Shown piece after piece: positions 56,340 through 64,000 of a DNA stretch of 64,000 nucleotides (its first letter is position 1; every line of letters begins with the position of its first letter). The notes beneath the pieces were generated by a model. That model was not told where the DNA came from, made no database searches, and saw only the letters and a program-made list of their open reading frames with translations. The stretch spans positions 52,080,001 to 52,144,000 of the forward strand of contig OZ286459.1 in the NCBI GenBank assembly GCA_965644265.1. The letters are read 5' to 3'. Source of the DNA: Glycera tridactyla (taxonomy: Eukaryota). The position numbers and the translations under genes were made by a program.

Positions 56340-58270
56340 ATTCAATTTGTCTCACTGCAGCATCCGAGACATTCAAATAGTTGACCCCCTCACTCGAATG
56401 TTCCTGTCACTAAAATGGAGTTTGGTTCCGGGCCTTTCCAGAAGGTTTGAATATGCCATGCCATACATGATTCTGATACGGGGTTCTCGCTGTCTACAAG
56501 TGGCAGACGAAAAGAGATGGCTAAGTGGTGATTCATGATTACCTTGTATAAAGTGAGCCCGATAAACCTCAATAAGGGTCTTCTTCAGATATGTAACTTC
56601 CAGTTCCTCATGTAGGCTCTGAGCTGAATAGTTCCGACCGGATTCACAAATTACACTGAGACACCTGTTCTGAGACACCTGCAACCTGTTGCTCAATGTC
56701 TCAGAACAGGCGTCTTAAATATAGTCAAGAAAGGTATACAATGGGTCGACTAGGCTTTTGAATAAGAAGAGGGTAAGTTCTCTATCTATAGAGGGACGCA
56801 GATAATACAGGGCTCTTCTTCTGAATCCACCTTGCAGATCAAGTAGTCAATATGATGCCGGAACGTTAAAGTGGGATCAAGTTTGATACCAAGGTACTTC
56901 ACTTTGTCAACTTGTACTACCTGTTGGTTATCAAACATCACTCTTGAAGCCCGACACTGTCGTAGGTGTTGTTCAGTCCGAAACATCATACAATTTGTTT
57001 TATTCAGTGTAAGCTTGCATCTTCTGAACCAATTGGAAATCTACATCAGGTGCAAGTTCAGCATACTCTCAATTTTTTGCACATATTTTCCTGTCGCGAA
57101 GAGGGCCGTATTGTCGGCGTACAAGAAGGGCATGGTGAATTCAAGTTACTCACTGATATTGTTCTTATATAATATAGAAAGTAAAGGGCCCGAAATAGAT
57201 CCCTGTGGGACACAATAGCTAATACTTCTGAAATTGGATATATCTTGGTTAATCTTGGTAGATTGGGCCCTATCCTTTGAATAAGAGGTGACCCATGCCA
57301 CACTATCTTGGCTGAAGCCTCACTGTTTAAGTTGCTCCACCAAGAGATGATGGTCGATGGTATCGGATGCCTTTTTCAGGTCCAGGAAGAGCACCCCACA
57401 AGGCCGTCCCCCATCAGCCACCTGGTAAATCGAATCCAGTAGAGTAACCCTTCTCGAACCCGAATTGGGCAGGGTTTAAAATATTATTGTCATTGACGTG
57501 AGCGGTAATTTGTTCATGGACTAAACGCTCCATCAGTTTCCCTATCAAGGATAACAAAGAGATGGGCACCCCACTAGCCCGTCCCTCATCAGCCACCTGG
57601 TAAATCGTATCCAGGAGGCTGGCGAGGCACATGCCAGTAGAGTAACCCTTCCCGAACCCGAATTGGGCAGGGTTTAATATATTATTGTCATTGACGTGAG
57701 CGGTAATTTGTTCATGGGCTAAACGCTCCATCAGTTTCCCTATCAAGGATAACAAAGAGATGGGTCTGAAATTCCCGGAGTCATCCTTTATGAATAACAG
57801 TCAAAAGTGCTTCCTTCTGACGACTAGGGAAGACTGCTTGGGCAATTGACTTATTGAAAATAATAGTTGAAATAGGACTTATTACCTGTATTGAAATTTT
57901 TAGGAAACAACTCGTAATTTCATATAAGCCAGCTGCAGACGTGTTAGGAAAGGCTTCTATACATTTATGAACGTCCGAGACAGTAACTGGGGACAGTGAA
58001 AACTGATCACGCTACTCATCTAACCAAGTTGCATCCGTACCGTTCTGCACATTGGGAAGTAGGTCACCAGAGTCCAGTGATTCGATGTCCTGTGCCAATT
58101 CAGACCCAATTTCGGTGGAGAATTTATCAATCTGATCAGCAACAGAGCCCATATCCGCAGTGTCATTATCCACTACTACTGTGGGAACCACAGGTACCTT
58201 TCGAGAGAGAGGCCAAAAGCGCTTGATTTCGTTCCATATTTCTTGGCCCTTGAAATAGAAAATGCAATCC
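56340..58270 (-). mobile_element. Decayed LINE ORF2 (tether plus RT), with a ~198-bp internal duplication
   Basis: IWNEIKRFWP, ISLLSLIGKLMER, QFGFGKGYST and KYLGIKLDPTLTF. ~57400-57580 is duplicated at ~57575-57765. Confidence 0.85.
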
Positions 58271-58572
58271 ATAATGGCCTGAGGAGTGAAGTTAAAGTCA
58301 AATGGGCTAACCTGAAGCCGTTATATTGTGGGTATGTAACCAAAAAGTTCCGCAGTAACGACGATGCCATGGTGAGGGACCTCCTCAATGGCGATGGTGT
58401 CCACCTCAATGACCTCGGCTACGAGTTTCTCGGGAAGAGCATTGCATACTCTGGCCTCAACTACATGGCTGACGAGAATGATGAACTCTTTTTTAGAGCC
58501 CCAACGAAAAAAGCCCTACACAAGGAATCACGTGAGAAAGCTAGATATCTTCACCTGCCGAAACTGCAATAA
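58243..58572 (+). pseudogene. C-terminal fragment of an SGNH-esterase LINE ORF1
   Basis: LLNGDGVHLNDLGY (SGNH block V). The N-terminal blocks are absent, and the fragment abuts an inverted LINE piece. Confidence 0.6.
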
Positions 58573-58769
58573 ACTTCTAGGAAGTCACCTACAAACATAG
58601 AGTCCAGACACATCCAAGCAATGTATATGTATCATATGTCACCATTTCCTTAACAGCGACCTAATGTCAATATAATATAGCTCAAAAGTCTACTCCGAGG
58701 TGAACGTGTCCTTGATCACGGATCCCCATCTATATCCTCCAACCGTTGTTTGGTCACCATCTCTCACCA

Positions 58770-59510
58770 GCAACTCTCTGTGCATATGTGATGTAGATCA
58801 CAGGTCACCGGGTCCTGTCTTCAATTTTATGTAAATATGTGATGTAGAATATAATCCGCTTTTCGCCGGCTAGCATATATGAGTGCACATGTGACGTGGA
58901 TCACAGGTGTTGATCCAGAGAGCATATGTGATGTGGATCATAGGTCAACATGCTCTGCGTGCAACTCTAAGTGCATTTGTGTGTTGGATCACAGGTCACC
59001 TATCCCACCAGCAACTCTATGTGCATATGTGATGTAGATCGCAGGTCAGCAGGTCCTGTCTGCAACTTTACGTATATATGTGATGTAGATCACAGTCCAA
59101 TTTTCGTCGACTCGCATGGGTGAATGCATATGTGGTGGAGAGCACAGGTGATGATACAGAGAGTACACGTGACGTGGATCTCAGGTCAACATGCTCTGCG
59201 TGCAACTCTGAGTACATTTGTTATGTAGATCATATGTCACCCCTCCCATCACTGACACTGTGTGTATATGTGATGCAGATCGCAGGTCACCAGGTCCTGT
59301 CTGCAACCTTATGTGTATATGTGATGTAGATCACAGTCCTCTATTTGCCGGCTCGCATGTGTGACTGCATATGTGATGTAGGTCACAGGTGATGATTCTC
59401 AGAGCATACGTGATGGGTTTGTCGGGACATTATGCTGTGTGTGCAACTCTGAATGCATTTGTGATGTGGATCACAGGTGCATATGAGATGTAGATCACAG
59501 GTCACAGGTA
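58770..59510. repeat. Higher-order tandem array (~241-bp unit x3, built of gtgatgtagatcacaggt subunits)
   Basis: The unit recurs at ~58776, ~59017 and ~59258. Confidence 0.85.
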
Positions 59511-60224
59511 CCCAGGCTGGTCGGCAGGTATTGACTTCAACCAGCGCCCTCGATTACACAGACCACCCTTCCCCTCTCACCGTCATAACAGCCCGTGGTA
59601 CCCGAGCTAAAATGGACTGTGTTCCTATCTATCGTCGACATTTGACTTCTACAATAACCCGCCTCTAGTAAGTTGACCCACCAGATATGCAACCCCCTTT
59701 TATGACTTTCAACGTTGAAAACTGATGTTATTATGCCAATGACATGTATGAATGTGAGTTGGACTCGGAGGAATGACCTATATGTTTGTATGTCACGGTT
59801 CAATGCACATATGCCGGTCACCTTGTATGTGTAATTCTCCTCATCTGGTCATGAAACCAACCTTCTATATATGACCACATGGCTATGCATACATGAGACA
59901 TATAAATATCTGCCATCACGACAAGCATCTTTGGTAATACAGAATTATGTGATGATGGAGACATGTCCAAGTTGATATGAGAGCACAGATTTATTGATTT
60001 ACTAATTTACTGATTCTGTTGTGGCCATGAGCACAATTGCTAAGAATTATACTTCTACCAGCATTGATAATGGTGTAACTAGATTTCTCATCTACAGATA
60101 TGTATATGTTCTCAATGTATTCTATGTTAACATTTAAGATCATAACGTCCACAATCTAAGGCATCTCCCAGCGCGTCATCCCGTTCAACTCGGCTTGCGC
60201 CGTACATGCGCCATCTATCGTCGC

Positions 60225-60414
60225 AAACTGGCCATTTATCACTACGCACCCATGCAGATGTCTCGTTTCTTGTTTCTCGGTAGAAGCCATAATGCCACCT
60301 AGCGCACGAACTTGATTCAAAAACTGGCCATTTATCACTACGCACCCATGCAGATGTCTCGTTTCTTGTTTCTCGGTAGAAGCCATAATGCCACCTAGCG
60401 CACGAACTTGATTC
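60225..60414. repeat. 96-bp near-perfect tandem duplication in a CpG-rich segment upstream of ORF1
   Basis: aaactggccatttatc... begins at 60225 and 60321. Confidence 0.95.
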
Positions 60415-60466
60415 GAAGTAAAGGTTGATCCTATCCTATGATTAACAATGGATACGGCAACTATCT

Positions 60467-61336
60467 GTGATAATTAATGTACCTCTTTCTTGTGTTTTTT
60501 CTCACGAGGAGTGTTCCAACTACGACCTGAATCTGGCTCGCAGTCGTTTGAACTATCTAGGTCCAGACCGTCTGCATAATGCGAGTGAAACATATGTTGC
60601 TTCCAGAGCACCGAAAATCCTATTCCTCGGTGACTCACATGCATTTTGCGTTGTCGATGCCATATACGGCCTCCCAACCCACAACGACGTGGAAAGATAT
60701 AGCGACGATTCGATCATGTTAGGTGTTGGTGGAGCAAAGACATTGTGGAATGATCTCCATGGTATTGGCCGGCAACGAGCTATTCAGCATGGAGACCAGC
60801 TGGGCAACTTTCTAAAAGGAACTTGGCGTCCAGATTATATTCTACTATTCATTGGGAGCAATGATGCCGACAATTATAATTCTTATATACGCAGTCAAAC
60901 AATTGGGATGGATGCCAACTTAAGATCCACCTTTGCCAACGCCGCCATGTATCAGTGGGACAAGGAACTTTTCCCCTGTACCTGGTCTCTAATAGGAAAC
61001 ATCAGCTCTACTTTTCCAAATACTCCTATTGGGCATATACCAGCATTTCCACGTTCTTGGTGGCTCCCAGAAACACGGAAGCTTCTAGACTTCATAAATT
61101 TCAAATATTACTCAACATTAAATAAGGACTTCTGGGTACGTCAGATACTGACACGGTCATTGTATTACGACACCAATAAGGCCAAATCTTCTTGCAGAAA
61201 GGCGGATAACATTATCCGAGGGTTTCTGAGAAATGATAATGTACATATCAACCACAAAGGTTACCATGTCTTGTTTCGTGATATTATTCCATCACTCATG
61301 GACTATTCGATGGGGGTATGCAGAAATCGCTATTGA
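60467..61336 (+). CDS. LINE ORF1 protein with SGNH/GDSL esterase domain
   Basis: FLGDSH (block I), LGVGGA (II), FIGSND (III) and NDNVHI (V). The 289-codon frame is open and precedes an APE-RT ORF2. Confidence 0.85.
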   Translation: MIINVPLSCVFSHEECSNYDLNLARSRLNYLGPDRLHNASETYVASRAPKILFLGDSHAFCVVDAIYGLPTHNDVERYSDDSIMLGVGGAKTLWNDLHGIGRQRAIQHGDQLGNFLKGTWRPDYILLFIGSNDADNYNSYIRSQTIGMDANLRSTFANAAMYQWDKELFPCTWSLIGNISSTFPNTPIGHIPAFPRSWWLPETRKLLDFINFKYYSTLNKDFWVRQILTRSLYYDTNKAKSSCRKADNIIRGFLRNDNVHINHKGYHVLFRDIIPSLMDYSMGVCRNRY

Positions 61337-62222
61337 TAATCATTAACTTCTCATATGAGTAAATGAATCATCCCACTGATAACCAATACTACCACCCACC
61401 ACAGTAACCCTTCACGTATTGATTACACCTCCCCAACTGGGTAACTATATATGTGCATGTTTTGAATGTGTATTTCTGCACCAACTTTATATGGTCAACT
61501 TCGACACCGAAGATTATGATCTGACTTTCATTCTGTTTGGCTCAAACTCAACCAAGGACTAAATCTATTTGATATTCCTACTTCCTTCACAATTGTATTG
61601 TTTTAGTAATGCAACGAGAAAGCCTGAGTTTTTACATTGACGTTTTCTGTTTGAAAATTCTGACCTAACTCATGAAGATTTATTTACTACGACCACACCC
61701 GAACTTTTACTAACATAACAATGTCAAGCTCGTGATTTTGTATTTTTGTATTGAACTACTTAAAACAGAAATGATGTATTATATCACATATTTGCATTTA
61801 TCTGCTATGACCATATTTGTAATCATGTCCATATGTAAACCTTAACATGTGTTCCAATTTCTGCAGTGTCAGATGTCCGGTGTGTACGAAGTACCGTTCC
61901 ATTATCACAAAATGCCGCGGCAATTCCAAACACTGACACTCAAAATGGTGCAATCACTTATATTAATCCTTTTATTATGCTCTCCCCTGATCAGTTTGCA
62001 GTTTTCTGATCAGTATTCTGAAATTTTGGATCATTCTCATAACATTATATACACTTTGTTGTTTCATTCATTGTCTCATCTTGTCCACCTTGCTTTTCAT
62101 TTGCCATATTAACGTTGTACCTTGTTAACTGTAATTGTGATAATTCTTTCTCTCTATTGTATATTGTAAATGACCTTGGTATCTGGCGAATAATTACACG
62201 AGTGTTACTTTGTTTTCCCACT

Positions 62223-64000
62223 ATGCCTATACCTAGAAAATCTAAATTCAATTTCCCAGTTCCTGAAGAAACACCTGACATAACTTATAGTGCCATGGCA
62301 CTATCGAATCAGCCAGGTATCGTCACTGGATCATTGAACATAGAAGCATCATGAGGAATTCGGACAACTTAATCTCCCTCTTATTGCAAAGTAAGATCGA
62401 CATTTTATGTTTGTCAGAAACCTTCCTCAATAGCTCTATCACGGACAACGAAATTGAAATTAAAGGATATAGATTTATTAGGTCAGACCAAACAGTCAAT
62501 AGTGGGAAGGATGGGGGAGGGGGGATCGTGGTATATCACCAATCTCAATACAACGTCGAATTACATGAGGAACTCACTAGCTGCTTGCCTGACATAGAAA
62601 TCGTCACTTTCACTCTACATCTCACAAAGGCTAGACCCACGCATTACCTCAGCATTTATCGCCCTCCTGATGGTAACGTAGGCCGTGCCATCTCTGAAGT
62701 AGAAGCCATTTTGGGCAACAATACCCTTTGAAATCCCTGTGATTTCATTGTTGTAGGAGATTAGAATATTGATCTATCGAATAAGAATAATCATAATACA
62801 ATCAAATACTCTAAATTCTGTGAATCGTCAGTTCTTACTCACCTGATCCTCTCTCCCACCAGAATCACTGGCAACAGTAGCACTTGCATTGACCACATTG
62901 CTGTCAGTCGAGCTGACTACTATTCGAGGTCAGGTGTCTTAGACCCAGGCAGCAGCGACCACGGCCTAATATATGCTTGTAGACATAGGGATAAATTAAT
63001 GGGACCCAAAGAATTCGTTGAAATACGTTCCAAATGTAACTTTCAGCTGGAGAAATTTAAAGCCGCCATAAAGGATCATGACTGGTCAACGGTATCAAAT
63101 GAAAGTGATGTTGATAAAGCCGCAAAACTTTTTACATCAGAGTTCACAGGAATATTAGATATGCATGCCCCGATCAAGAAAGTACCTTGTCGTAGCAATC
63201 AACAGCCCTGGGTAAATCAAGAATACTTGAGTAATATCGACTACTGTGGATACAGAGCTCATATCTATAATCAGGATCCTACAATCTTCAACCTAGAAAT
63301 GAAAAAAGAGAGCCTTCATATAAAGAACAGACTCAAGAAAGCACTAAAAAAGTCGTACATCTCAGACTCGATAACCAATGCAGGCGATAATCCAAAAGCT
63401 CTGTGGAAAGAAATTCGCCGTTTCTGGCCACTCTTCAATAAATCATCTGCTACTCCCACATTTGTTACTAGTAGGCAGGATCAATCAATAGTTGAAGAAG
63501 TAAATTCTTATTTCAGCACCATAGGTGCAACATTAGCAGAAGCATTCAACAACAACGACATCCATCTAGCTCCTGAAAAAGTTCATTCTATTTTTCAATT
63601 AGCTAATGTATCACCTTCTGACATAGAGCGAGCAATACATGACATGAGTAAATCTGCATCATGTGGTCCAGACAACCTGAACAATTGTTATATCAAACTG
63701 TGCGCCAAAGAAATATGTGATCTTCTATGTTCTTTATTTAATATGTCAATCGAAATGAATGTTTTCCCTGATATATGGAAACAAGCATTTATCACTGTAC
63801 TTCACAAGGGTGGCCCCACGAATGTGTTCGGAAACTTTCGTCCGATTTCCTTACTTTCTGTAGTTGGTAAGGTATTAGAGAAACTCGTTCACAAGCAGGT
63901 TTATGATTATGTATCGAACAATAACATCTTATCGAATGCCCAATTTGGATTCAGGAAGGGGATGTCCACGGGGACTTGTCTAGTCTCATTGTTGGACGTA
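62223..64000 (+). pseudogene. LINE ORF2 (AP endonuclease, RT start), disrupted; runs off the window edge
   Basis: GSLNI(RS) with a 1-nt deletion at ~62342, LCLSETFL, IYRPP, TGA at 62729, GD*N at 62762, TRITGNSSTCIDHI, SDH, and FPDIWK...FRPISLLSVVGKVLEK...QFGFRKG. Confidence 0.92.

Noticed and set aside
62115-62354. 2A (GDVExNPGP) peptide or transmembrane leader before LINE ORF2
   Set aside because: No NPGP motif is present. The hydrophobic stretch lies upstream of the likely ATG at 62223 in AT-rich spacer.

Overview
Repeat-rich eukaryotic DNA, probably from an invertebrate animal (AT-rich, (CA)n microsatellites, CR1/L2-type LINEs), with no recognisable host gene, rRNA, tRNA or CRISPR. The centrepiece is a ~14.5-kb endogenous Maverick/Polinton (adintovirus-like) element at ~27.7-42.3 kb with every gene on the minus strand. 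It carries protein-primed PolB, PC4-like protein, dUTPase, deoxynucleoside kinase, a Zn-finger protein, two pX-like paralogs, integrase, A32/FtsK ATPase, penton, pVII-like core protein, double-jelly-roll major capsid protein and adenain protease. A pair of previously unrecognisable ~300-aa paralogs sits near its two ends; they share a BC-box-like motif and a Cys-rich motif. This copy is disabled by several nonsense and frameshift lesions. The rest of the window holds the 5' half of a Ty3/Gypsy LTR retrotransposon (1-3821), Academ-like DNA-transposon remnants, at least six LINE fragments (one with an intact SGNH-esterase ORF1), several complex tandem arrays, and a 150-N assembly gap. All assignments come from motif recognition by eye; no database searches were run.
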